DNA of 30,503 nucleotides from an uncultured virus (IMG/VR IMGVR_UViG_3300005356_000004) (IMGVR_UViG_3300005356_000004); one strand, 5' to 3'. Counted from the stretch's first letter, positions 16,869-24,427 are shown. A program made the numbers and translations. Notes: generated from the sequence alone by a model not told the origin.

Positions 16869-17137
16869 CACCCGACCACCATCGTGATCGTCTGCGGAGC
16901 GATGACCATCGTGACGACGTCCATCCGTTCCAAGGCCTCAGCGGTGATGAACCACTCGAAGCCGGTGGTGAGGCAGGTCAGACGGCGCTCGCGGTTGGGA
17001 TCGTTGGTCGGGAAGTCACGGGTGAGGCACTTGTACTCGCTGGTCTTGCCGTTGCGCTCAGTGGTGATGGTGACATCAACATACGAGGGCAGCGTGTTGA
17101 GCACCGTCGCCATCGTGACCTGGTTGGTGGAGGGCAT
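16868..17137 (-). CDS. Hypothetical protein, leaderless
   Basis: ATG 6 nt after the P11 -10 box. Confidence 0.65.
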   Translation of the reverse strand: MPSTNQVTMATVLNTLPSYVDVTITTERNGKTSEYKCLTRDFPTNDPNRERRLTCLTTGFEWFITAEALERMDVVTMVIAPQTITMVVG

Positions 17138-17143
17138 GACACT

Positions 17144-17198
17144 GGTCTAGCACACTGTTGTAGTCGGAACCAATCATATCAGCGTGACAGTTGTCACA
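17144..17198 (-). promoter_or_regulatory. Repeated promoter P11 with palindrome
   Basis: TTGGTT-18-TAGACC; CGTGACagttGTCACA at 17183-17198. Confidence 0.8.
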
Positions 17199-17221
17199 TC
17201 GTTCCAAGGCTTCCAAGAAGT

Positions 17222-17247
17222 GTTCCAAGGGGTTCGCGGCGGGGTAT
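17222..17247 (+). promoter_or_regulatory. Stress-sigma (SigB/SigF-type) promoter
   Basis: GTTC-16-GGGTAT, 10 nt upstream of the csbD-like ATG. Confidence 0.5.
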
Positions 17248-17257
17248 GGAAGCGCGC

Positions 17258-17464
17258 ATGACCATGACACAGCAGGAGCGCTATGCGCTCCAACAGAACT
17301 GGGACCAGGCCAAGGGCCAGATCAAGGCCAAGTTCCAGGGCCTGACCGACGACGACCTCCAGGACTCCACCTCGGTGTCCGACCGCATCGCCCAGCGCAC
17401 GGGCGAGGCCCGTGACAAGGTGGAAGCCAAGATCCGCGAGGTAGCCCAGCAGTTCACGGCATAG
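17258..17464 (+). CDS. csbD: CsbD/YjbJ-like general stress protein
   Basis: NWDQAKGQIKAKFQGLTDDDL...IAQRTGEARDKVE. Confidence 0.8.
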   Translation: MTMTQQERYALQQNWDQAKGQIKAKFQGLTDDDLQDSTSVSDRIAQRTGEARDKVEAKIREVAQQFTA

Positions 17465-17490
17465 CGTCATTGACATTGACGCTGGAAGCA

Positions 17491-17528
17491 GTGAGGGGAG
17501 TCCGGGGCTGGAACCGGACTCCCCTCAC
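17491..17528. terminator. Bidirectional hairpin terminator
   Basis: 15-bp stem GTGAGGGGAGTCCGG/CCGGACTCCCCTCAC between convergent genes. Confidence 0.75.
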
Positions 17529-17565
17529 ACCCGTACGGAGTGGCACGCCTCCGCACAGGGAAACA

Positions 17566-17775
17566 CTACTCGGCCTCGACTCTGATCTTGCGACCGTTGC
17601 CGAAGCGGTAGTACCCGCCCTGTGGATTGCTGGCCAGATGCGCCTCGACCACCCGCAGGATCTCGCTCAGCCGCCCCGAGCCGTTCCAGCCGCACAGGCA
17701 GCGGTAGATCGTGGGCTTGCCGTTGTCCTCCAAGATACGCACGTCGCACTTGGGCGGCGTCTCAGCGCTGCTCAT
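17566..17775 (-). CDS. Hypothetical protein (CxCGW...H)
   Basis: GGAG RBS before ATG 17775. Confidence 0.6.
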   Translation of the reverse strand: MSSAETPPKCDVRILEDNGKPTIYRCLCGWNGSGRLSEILRVVEAHLASNPQGGYYRFGNGRKIRVEAE

Positions 17776-17896
17776 CGGTCTCCAAGGGTACGAGGTAGGT
17801 GATGCGAGGGTACTTGTAGTCGATGATGATGGCATCATCAGGCACCTCCACCTCCCCGAACGTCGCATCCGTGGATCGCACGGCGTACTTGGCCAT
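17762..17896 (-). CDS. Hypothetical microprotein (44 aa)
   Basis: TGATG coupling. Confidence 0.5.
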   Translation of the reverse strand: MAKYAVRSTDATFGEVEVPDDAIIIDYKYPRITYLVPLETDEQR

Positions 17897-18246
17897 CAGA
17901 GATCCGCCGCCGTTGCCTGCGGGCAGTCGGCCTCGTGCACACCATCGGCCCACGCCGCACCGCAGTTGCAGGGCTCCGAGCCTTCCAAGGCTTCCAAGGC
18001 CTTGGCGATGCGAGCCATCACGAAGGCCTCCAAGTGGAACAACTCCACGATCTTGAACGCCCGAGCCTGCAACTCGCCGTCCTCGATGATCCTGTCAACA
18101 TCCTCGTCCGCGCAGGCCTCGATGGCAGCCTTGGCAAGGTTGAAGGCGTCACCAACGGGCGGGTAGAGGTTGTTGGCCAGGTGCCAGCGGAGCGTGGTGT
18201 CCTCGTCCAACATCTCCAGCATGCCGACGACCGCGTTGAAGCCCAT
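17896..18246 (-). CDS. Hypothetical phage protein (WHLxxNxYPP...HLEAF)
   Basis: AAGGAG RBS; TGATG coupling. Confidence 0.7.
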   Translation of the reverse strand: MGFNAVVGMLEMLDEDTTLRWHLANNLYPPVGDAFNLAKAAIEACADEDVDRIIEDGELQARAFKIVELFHLEAFVMARIAKALEALEGSEPCNCGAAWADGVHEADCPQATAADL

Positions 18247-18482
18247 CAGAACGTCTCCTTGCTGGTCACGGTCCACCCGAACGAGGCCCAGCGCTTCTCG
18301 GTGACCCTGGTGTGCGTCAGCAGGGTGACCGTGCGCTTGGGGTGAGCCGTGTTGGTGCCCATCTCGTGCACGTCGTCCTGCGCCTTGGGCCAGCACTGGT
18401 CGTAGCGCAGCATGTCCAGCGGGAACGGACCGACGCCCTCCACCTTGAACTTGGTGGTGGAAACACTCATACGGGTACCCAT
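18246..18482 (-). CDS. Conserved phage protein (FPLDMLRYDxCWP...RWxSFGW)
   Basis: Motif; AAAGGA RBS. Confidence 0.75.
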   Translation of the reverse strand: MGTRMSVSTTKFKVEGVGPFPLDMLRYDQCWPKAQDDVHEMGTNTAHPKRTVTLLTHTRVTEKRWASFGWTVTSKETF

Positions 18483-18511
18483 CTTGTGGTGTCCTTTCGG
18501 TCGGGAAAGCC

Positions 18512-18546
18512 AGTCTAGCAGATGGTGATGCTGACTACAAGTCAGG
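18512..18546 (-). promoter_or_regulatory. Repeated promoter P12
   Basis: cctgacTTGTAG-17-TAGACT. Confidence 0.75.
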
Positions 18547-18811
18547 CATCGGGGTCGATGCTGAGGTTGTCAGCATTGACCTCCCACTCACCGCCGTTGA
18601 CGATGGCCTCGGTGTAGCCGCTGTCACCCATGCGGTAGAGCGCCGTGAGGATGAGAGGCGGGTCCATGCCAGCCGTCTTGTAGGTGCCATCAGGCTGCTG
18701 GAAGGCGGGGTTGGTGTAGATGACCCGCATGCCAGGACGCAGGCCGTTGTACTCGGTCAACTCGACCGGCGCCTCGGGGTCGGTGGGGTCGGTGTGGTAG
18801 TAGCCGCTCAT
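18542..18811 (-). CDS. Hypothetical SH3-like small protein
   Basis: GAGGAG RBS; stop lies in the P12 TGAC. Confidence 0.6.
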   Translation of the reverse strand: MSGYYHTDPTDPEAPVELTEYNGLRPGMRVIYTNPAFQQPDGTYKTAGMDPPLILTALYRMGDSGYTEAIVNGGEWEVNADNLSIDPDA

Positions 18812-18957
18812 CACTCTCCTCTCACGGCTCCACAGGAGCACACGTGGTCACCGCTGTGGCCGAGCACCAGGCCGCACACATGGTTGACGGGCACGGTGGG
18901 CTCGGACACATCGATGCGCGACGCCTGCCAGCGCCACGAGCATGCTCGTTCTGACAT
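18811..18957 (-). CDS. Cys/His microprotein (48 aa)
   Basis: C...HVC...GHSGDHVCSC; TGATG coupling on both sides. Confidence 0.55.
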   Translation of the reverse strand: MSERACSWRWQASRIDVSEPTVPVNHVCGLVLGHSGDHVCSCGAVRGE

Positions 18958-19244
18958 CAGGGCGCCTTGACGCTCGGCCAGTAGATGATGGTGGACTGGC
19001 CCATGTTGTCCCGGCCCATGCGCCGCATCTCGGCCAGGAAGGCCTCGTCATCGGGGAACGCCTTGGCCAGGTAGGTAGAGAGGTTGACCGACGCCTGCAC
19101 AGGATCCTCGTCGGTGACGATGCCGATGCAGGATTCGCCGTTCATGCCACGGCCGCTGTAGCCGAGACGCAGTGTGACGTCGTTGTCATCACACCACGCT
19201 TCGATGGCCTCGGTCTGCTCCTCGGTGAGGGTGATCTGTCGCAT
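18957..19244 (-). CDS. Conserved phage protein (YSGRGMxGxxCIG...DNMG...IIYWP)
   Basis: Motif; ATG 19244 directly after the operator palindrome. Confidence 0.75.
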   Translation of the reverse strand: MRQITLTEEQTEAIEAWCDDNDVTLRLGYSGRGMNGESCIGIVTDEDPVQASVNLSTYLAKAFPDDEAFLAEMRRMGRDNMGQSTIIYWPSVKAP

Positions 19245-19256
19245 GGTTCGGAACCC
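19245..19256. promoter_or_regulatory. Operator palindrome between genes
   Basis: GGTTCGGAACCC fills the stop-to-start gap. Confidence 0.65.
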
Positions 19257-19715
19257 TACTCGGTCCCGGTCTCGGCCAGCAAGCGGTTGTACTCGCTGGT
19301 CACCTCGGCGGCGTACTTGCCCAGCACCAGCCGCTCGGCCTCCAGCCGTGCGCTCCCCTCGCGGTACTGCTTGTCCTGGATCGCCTTCCTGGCCTGTCCC
19401 TCTTTGAGGGTGTCGTCCCGGACGTAGGCCTTGTGGTTGCTCTGCATGCCATAGGCACTGACGCCGTTGGCTTGCAGATCCTTGCCGAGCATGAGGTGCA
19501 CCCGGCCTGCTTCCACCAGCCGCTCCAGCGCCTTCTCGACGGCGGTGGGGCTCAGCCCGCCTCGACTGGCGGCGGTCTTGATGGCGACGTACTGGGTGGA
19601 CAGGGACTTGCCGTCCGTCTTGTTCCAGTAGAGGCTGGAGAGGATGGCGCTGATGGGGACCGAGCGCCTGGTACACGTCCTCGTCGGTGAAGTTGATGTT
19701 CTTGGCTGTTGACAT
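19256..19715 (-). CDS. Putative wHTH protein split by a frameshift near 19661
   Basis: MSTAKNINFTDEDVYQAL in one frame; VPISAIL...GLSPTAVEKALERLVEAGRV... in the +1 frame. Confidence 0.55.
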
Positions 19716-19738
19716 TGACACCCTTCTCGATCGTTGGG

Positions 19739-19920
19739 TGGTGGGTTGTGCGTTTGAGGCTGAGGTACCCACCAGACCCTCCACCCCGCCATGGTGAGGG
19801 TGGACTGCCTACCCCGGACATCACGCCCTGTTCCGGTGAGCCCTGGGACCTGCTCTCCCAGATGAGCCCGGGAGTTGGCTGACCCCGGGAGCCCCCGGTG
19901 CACACTCCACCGGGCGAGTA
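19739..19920 (-). ncRNA. Candidate structured 5' leader or ncRNA
   Basis: Six consecutive hairpins between P13 and ATG 19715. Confidence 0.45.
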
Positions 19921-19925
19921 CTCAT

Positions 19926-19981
19926 GGTCTATCAGGTTCGGTATCCTAAGATCCAGTCAGTCAGGTGTGACAGTTGTCACA
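19926..19981 (-). promoter_or_regulatory. Repeated promoter P13 with perfect palindrome
   Basis: TAGACC; TGTGACagttGTCACA at 19966-19981. Confidence 0.8.
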
Positions 19982-20280
19982 TCACGTTCCATCTTCTGGC
20001 GCACTTCCTCCAGCGCCACCTTGTACATGTCGATGATGTTGCGTACCTGCACGCGCACCTCGTTGCTCTGGAGGTAGGACACCGCGCAGCCCAAGCAGTA
20101 GAAGCGGGGACCGGGCTTCTCGTCGCCCCATACTTCGATGGCCACAGCAGCGCCGTTCTCGCACTCGCCCTCGGGGATGTAGCCAATCGGCAGGTTGCCC
20201 CACTCGACCACGCGCACCTGCTGTGTTGGCGACAGGCCGTTGAAGCACGACATGTGATACCAACCGTCTCTTGTTGCCAT
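19957..20280 (-). CDS. Hypothetical protein
   Basis: TAATG coupling; C-terminus DVTTVTPD is encoded by the repeat. Confidence 0.65.
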   Translation of the reverse strand: MATRDGWYHMSCFNGLSPTQQVRVVEWGNLPIGYIPEGECENGAAVAIEVWGDEKPGPRFYCLGCAVSYLQSNEVRVQVRNIIDMYKVALEEVRQKMERDVTTVTPD

Positions 20281-20870
20281 TACCAGTACAACTCCTGTGG
20301 GTTGAGGTCGGTCCAGTTGCCGACGTGATCGATGGGGATCATCGCCCGTGCCCAGGACGTGGACTCATACCACGCCGTCAGGATCTCCTTCGACGGCCAG
20401 CCCTGACATGGTGCATGGAACAGGAAGTGCCAACCCCTCTGATCGAGCGGGCCACAGAGCCTGAGGAACGCCTTGGCGCTGGCGCTCAGGCCCTCAGGCG
20501 GGTCGATGATGTCACCAAAGGGCTCCGGTGGCCTGCCGTAGGAGAAGATGCTTCCGGCACCCTTCGGCTCGTAGTCCGAGGAGTCACCTTTGATGATGCG
20601 CGCCTTGGGGCGCGGCGGCAGGCGCTCGCTCTTCATGTAGGACCAGTACGTGGAATCCACGATCATCCGGGGCTCCACGATGTCGCCCACGATGCACCAC
20701 GAGTGCTGACCACCCACGCCATGGCAGGTGCCACGCACCACGCGGGCCTCCTCGCCGGGCACACCGAGCACGCCGGAGCGCACCAGGTGCAACGAGGCTC
20801 CGTGGCACTGATGTGCCCACAGATCCCATGGTTCCATCACCTCTTGGATGTCCTCGATGAGGGTGCCCAT
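20280..20870 (-). CDS. Hypothetical protein (transglutaminase-like C...HxW...D pattern)
   Basis: GGAGG RBS; QCH...QHSW...IVDST. Confidence 0.6.
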   Translation of the reverse strand: MGTLIEDIQEVMEPWDLWAHQCHGASLHLVRSGVLGVPGEEARVVRGTCHGVGGQHSWCIVGDIVEPRMIVDSTYWSYMKSERLPPRPKARIIKGDSSDYEPKGAGSIFSYGRPPEPFGDIIDPPEGLSASAKAFLRLCGPLDQRGWHFLFHAPCQGWPSKEILTAWYESTSWARAMIPIDHVGNWTDLNPQELYW

Positions 20871-21163
20871 GACATCACCTCCTCGGCGGTGCGGCCGTTG
20901 ACCTTGATCTTGGGAAAGGCGTTCTTGGCCAACGCCAGCGCCTGGTCGAGCGGGAAGCGATGCGTGCTGAGGAACCGCTTGCTCCGGTTGGACGACGTGG
21001 GCTCGTAGTCCCACTGCTTGGTGCGCCGGTTGAGGCACATGCTGTGCCAGCGAACAGCCCACATGCCCTCACTGGTCTCCTCGACGTTGATGCACCACAA
21101 GCCAGCGTTCACCCCGTACGGGAAGGCGTCGAGCGTGTACCGGGTGATCCTGGGCTCGCTCAT
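20837..21163 (-). CDS. Hypothetical actinophage protein (WxYEPxxSxR...F...RF)
   Basis: Motif and codon bias. Confidence 0.65.
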   Translation of the reverse strand: MSEPRITRYTLDAFPYGVNAGLWCINVEETSEGMWAVRWHSMCLNRRTKQWDYEPTSSNRSKRFLSTHRFPLDQALALAKNAFPKIKVNGRTAEEVMSWAPSSRTSKR

Positions 21164-21194
21164 GCGTCGAGCCTCTTGCACGATGGTCTGGCCA

Positions 21195-21431
21195 TCAGTC
21201 CTCGCCTCCGTAGGTCCGGCCACCGACTTGGGGAGCCATGTCGTGGCCGGGGTTGAGGGCTTCCAGCGCAGCCCTCGCCTCGACGTCCTGAGGATCGTTG
21301 CCGTCGCAGAAGGCGTACCAGTTGCAGTCCGTCGTGCGGCACTTGTAGGCGTCCTCCCTACTGAGTTTGAGGTAGACGCTGCGCTTGCCACAGGAGGGAC
21401 AGGTCATGTACTTCTGGCCTCGGTACGCCAT
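21195..21431 (-). CDS. Zn-ribbon small protein
   Basis: CPSCG...YKC...C; TGATG coupling. Confidence 0.6.
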   Translation of the reverse strand: MAYRGQKYMTCPSCGKRSVYLKLSREDAYKCRTTDCNWYAFCDGNDPQDVEARAALEALNPGHDMAPQVGGRTYGGED

Positions 21432-21637
21432 CAGGGCTTGTCCAGTGTGAGCCGGTCGCCGCTGATGTCGATGACATACAGCGGCTCCTTCTCCTCGTCC
21501 TCGTCCAGCAGGTCGTAGACGTAGGCGTGGAGCCCATCCGGTGTCGACGTCACCTCAATCGAATGAGGGCCGTCCCCCAACTCGTAGATGCCGTCGATGA
21601 TGATGTTGCTGGCGTCGATGATGAGTGTCTTGGCCAT
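21431..21637 (-). CDS. Hypothetical acidic protein
   Basis: TGATG coupling with ku. Confidence 0.6.
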   Translation of the reverse strand: MAKTLIIDASNIIIDGIYELGDGPHSIEVTSTPDGLHAYVYDLLDEDEEKEPLYVIDISGDRLTLDKP

Positions 21638-22458
21638 CACGCTGCTCCCTTCTTCGTGGTCCGCTTGCGGACGATCTTCTTGGCTTCCTGCTGGGCGATG
21701 GAGGCCATCAGGCTCTCCATGATGTCGGCACCGTTGTTGACAGGAGCAGCCTTCTCCAGAGCGCTGGGAGCCTTGCCAGCGGCCTTGGCGTCGATGAAGT
21801 CCTGGACCTTGGCCGGGTTGTCGTTGCTCAGCGTCGGCGTGGTGATGCCCGTCGTCTCGATGAAGGTGACAGCGACGGCCAGCACCTTGCTGTCGGCAGC
21901 AACGCTCGGCAGGGGCGGGGCCTCCCGGAGCGCCTGGACAGGCGCCAGGTAGATCAGCGTGCCCTCAGAGGTGAGCGCAGCGAAGCGGGCCGGACCACGC
22001 AGGGCCAACCGGAGAAGCGCCGCCGTACCGGTCTGAGCCATTGCTGCCATCAGCAGGGCGAAGGGCTCGTCGCACAGGCTGCGACCCTTGTAGCGCTTGG
22101 GGCGGACATAGTCGATGCCCTCGGCGGCGTACTGCGTGCCGATGGCCGACATCGGGATGAACGTGATCACCTCGCAGCGCTCACGGTTGCCGGTCGCCTG
22201 GGCAATCTCATCGTCCGACAGCGCGACCCACGTGCCATTGCTGGCGAGCGCCCGCTTCTCGACGTCGGAGTACTCGATGACGTCGCCGGTGCGCTTGACG
22301 ATGTACTGACGCCCCACGGGCTCGTCGCCGTAGAACTCCTTGCGGGCGATGGCGATGTCCTCGGTCGCCTTGTAGATCGAGAGGGGCAGGCTGATCAGGC
22401 CCCACTGGAGCGTGATGCTGTTCATCGCCTTGCCAGGCGCAGAGGCTGCGGTTTCCAT
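21637..22458 (-). CDS. ku: Ku-like DNA end-binding protein (NHEJ Ku family)
   Basis: SITLQWGLISLPLSIYKATED...TGDVIEYSDVEK...YVRP...DIMESLMASI plus a basic tail, matching the prokaryotic Ku pattern. Confidence 0.85.
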   Translation of the reverse strand: METAASAPGKAMNSITLQWGLISLPLSIYKATEDIAIARKEFYGDEPVGRQYIVKRTGDVIEYSDVEKRALASNGTWVALSDDEIAQATGNRERCEVITFIPMSAIGTQYAAEGIDYVRPKRYKGRSLCDEPFALLMAAMAQTGTAALLRLALRGPARFAALTSEGTLIYLAPVQALREAPPLPSVAADSKVLAVAVTFIETTGITTPTLSNDNPAKVQDFIDAKAAGKAPSALEKAAPVNNGADIMESLMASIAQQEAKKIVRKRTTKKGAA

Positions 22459-22491
22459 GGTTCCTTCCGTGGTGGGTGAGGGATCACTGCT

Positions 22492-22546
22492 GGTCTATCA
22501 GGTCGACTGGCGTGTAAGCAAGTCAGGTGGTGTGGCAGTTGTCACA
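22492..22546 (-). promoter_or_regulatory. Repeated promoter P14 with palindrome
   Basis: cctgacTTGCTT-18-TAGACC; TGTGGcagttGTCACA at 22531-22546. Confidence 0.8.
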
Positions 22547-22817
22547 CCGAGTTGAGCGGGCCTTCCTCGTGCATCCAGTCATAGGGCCGAGGCGGCTGGC
22601 GGTTGAAGGCTCGGGCCGTCACGACCCTGGCCTTGTAGTCTGATTCCAGCATCTTCTCCGCCACCTGGACCCACGGGCGGTGCTTGATCCAGGTGTCGAA
22701 CTCGGCCTCCCGGTCCCGCCGCCCCTTGTCGTAGGCGAGGATCGCCGTGACCCACACCAGCAGGCCGACGACGACAAGCCCACAGACGATGATGATGACA
22801 GCAAGGCCGAGCATCAC
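22542..22817 (-). CDS. Single-TM membrane protein
   Basis: N-terminal hydrophobic helix; stop lies inside the palindrome. Confidence 0.6.
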   Translation of the reverse strand: MMLGLAVIIIVCGLVVVGLLVWVTAILAYDKGRRDREAEFDTWIKHRPWVQVAEKMLESDYKARVVTARAFNRQPPRPYDWMHEEGPLNSV

Positions 22818-22996
22818 GCCACCACACCTTCCACGTACGGCTCCTGTTCTGTCTCGTGGGCCATGAGGATGATCCTCAGGCCGTTGTCCAGGGTGATCGA
22901 CTGCAACTCGTAGGTCCACTGCTGGGTCATCGTGTTGTAGAAGCGCTCCTGCTTGATGGCGACGATCTTGTGTCCGACTACACCTCGGGCGCGCAT
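22814..22996 (-). CDS. Hypothetical protein
   Basis: GGAGG RBS; TGATG coupling. Confidence 0.65.
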   Translation of the reverse strand: MRARGVVGHKIVAIKQERFYNTMTQQWTYELQSITLDNGLRIILMAHETEQEPYVEGVVA

Positions 22997-23184
22997 CAGT
23001 CCTCCACCTGACGGTCACGGCGCCGCCGCTTGGCGTTGGCGTTCTTCTGCTGGCCTTTGCGCTGCGTGCTGGTCGGGTATGGGCCGCGCTCGTGATCGAT
23101 GTACTGGTACCACGAGCGCTTGGGACGGCCCATCTTGTCATCAGGCCGGGCGACTGATGCGCTGGATGCGGATGCCTTGTGCAT
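22996..23184 (-). CDS. Small basic protein
   Basis: TGATG coupling; start uncertain. Confidence 0.45.
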   Translation of the reverse strand: MHKASASSASVARPDDKMGRPKRSWYQYIDHERGPYPTSTQRKGQQKNANAKRRRRDRQVED

Positions 23185-24353
23185 CAGAACGGCTGGTCCT
23201 CGTCGGGCAGGTCAAAGATCGACCCACCATCGGATGCCGCCTTGGAGATGAGGCCGCGGTACGACCGGGACTCGATGATCTCGTTGACCACCGGCCGCTC
23301 GTCGGAGGTGAACATGGACACGAGGCAGAACAATGCCATGTCCACACCATCGCGCTCGACGTCCTGGGCGCAGCGGATGAGGGCGGCGGTGCCGATCGGC
23401 GTGCGGACGTGGTTGACGGCTCGGGCGTTGCGCAGCGCCTCACCGAGGGCCAACACGCCCTCGTTGCGGATCAGCACCTTCTCCACGCTCTCGTCGTAGT
23501 CCCACATGATGTGGCGGAACCGGTTGGCGAACGCCTCGTTCAGGGTTCCGGAACCACGGTACGTGCTCGGGTTCGTGGTGGCCACGATCCACAGGTCATC
23601 GGAGACCTTGACCTGCTCGGGCATGAAGCCGTCGCCGGGCACGAGCACCGGCTTGTTGCGGTTGACGAACATGCGCCGCCAATCGCACACCGGGTGCAGC
23701 GAGGACGTGACGCGCTCGCCCATCATGCCGATCTCGTCCAGGTCGAGGATCCCTCCGACACGGGAGGCAAGGTCAACGACGCCGGGCAGCCACACCAGAC
23801 GCTCCTTGCCGTCATCGTCGGTCCACGACTGCGGCTGGCCGAACAGGTCGAAGTCGGTGATGCCCGACGAGCCCGACAGGGTGAACACGGGCAGCGGCTT
23901 GCCGAGGCCCATGACGTTGCCAGCAAGGACGGCCAGCACCCGCACGAGCAGCGACTTGCCCGCCTGCGTGTCACCGACGAGAAGGACGTTCTCCTTCCGC
24001 CTCCAGCACTCCAGGAAGTAGTCGATGTCGCGCTGGCCGTTGGCCATCTTGCGGCTGACGTAGGTCTCGACCACCGAGGGGTCGGGGCGGAACATGTCGA
24101 GCCGGGGGTCATCCAGCGCCAGCGAGCGGCGGACGACCTTCTTGGTCGGGAGCGGCTTGACCGTCTTGGTCACAATCGGCTTGGCCGTGGCGATCTGGCG
24201 GGGAAGGATGTACTCCTCCTCGCCGTCGATGGTGACGAGCACCTTGCGCTGGTTCGGCCTGCCATCGGGCACCGGGGTCGCATTGACCACCGTCGCCTCA
24301 CGGCTGTCGTCCAGCAGGTAGTCACGGCCAGGGAGAAGGTCTGAGGCCTTCAT
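23184..24353 (-). CDS. MoxR-family AAA+ ATPase (CbbQ/NorQ/CobS-like)
   Basis: Walker A GDTQAGKS, Walker B LDLDEI, ATTNP..YRGSGTLNEAFANRF. Confidence 0.9.
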   Translation of the reverse strand: MKASDLLPGRDYLLDDSREATVVNATPVPDGRPNQRKVLVTIDGEEEYILPRQIATAKPIVTKTVKPLPTKKVVRRSLALDDPRLDMFRPDPSVVETYVSRKMANGQRDIDYFLECWRRKENVLLVGDTQAGKSLLVRVLAVLAGNVMGLGKPLPVFTLSGSSGITDFDLFGQPQSWTDDDGKERLVWLPGVVDLASRVGGILDLDEIGMMGERVTSSLHPVCDWRRMFVNRNKPVLVPGDGFMPEQVKVSDDLWIVATTNPSTYRGSGTLNEAFANRFRHIMWDYDESVEKVLIRNEGVLALGEALRNARAVNHVRTPIGTAALIRCAQDVERDGVDMALFCLVSMFTSDERPVVNEIIESRSYRGLISKAASDGGSIFDLPDEDQPF

Positions 24354-24383
24354 CGGTCAGCCGCCGTGGTGGAGGGGGATCGC

Positions 24384-24427
24384 ATGGTTCGGAACCATAT
24401 CAGATATGGAGGGGTCATATGCAAGTC
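24384..24427 (-). promoter_or_regulatory. Promoter P15 with operator over the start site
   Basis: tgacTTGCAT-19-TATGGT with TG extension; ATGGTTCGGAACCAT at 24384-24398. Confidence 0.65.

Noticed and set aside
19739..19920. tRNA or tmRNA
   Set aside because: No T-loop GTTCRA in a cloverleaf and no acceptor stem or CCA; GGTTCG hits elsewhere belong to the operator
9385..22546. CRISPR array or classical integron reading of the repeats
   Set aside because: Repeats are degenerate, separated by 0.3-2.5 kb of genes and match a promoter layout; no cas or intI genes and no attC GTTRRRY/RYYYAAC structure
23543..23555. GGGTTCCGGAACC inside the MoxR gene as an operator
   Set aside because: One base longer than the consensus and explained by the GSGT codons
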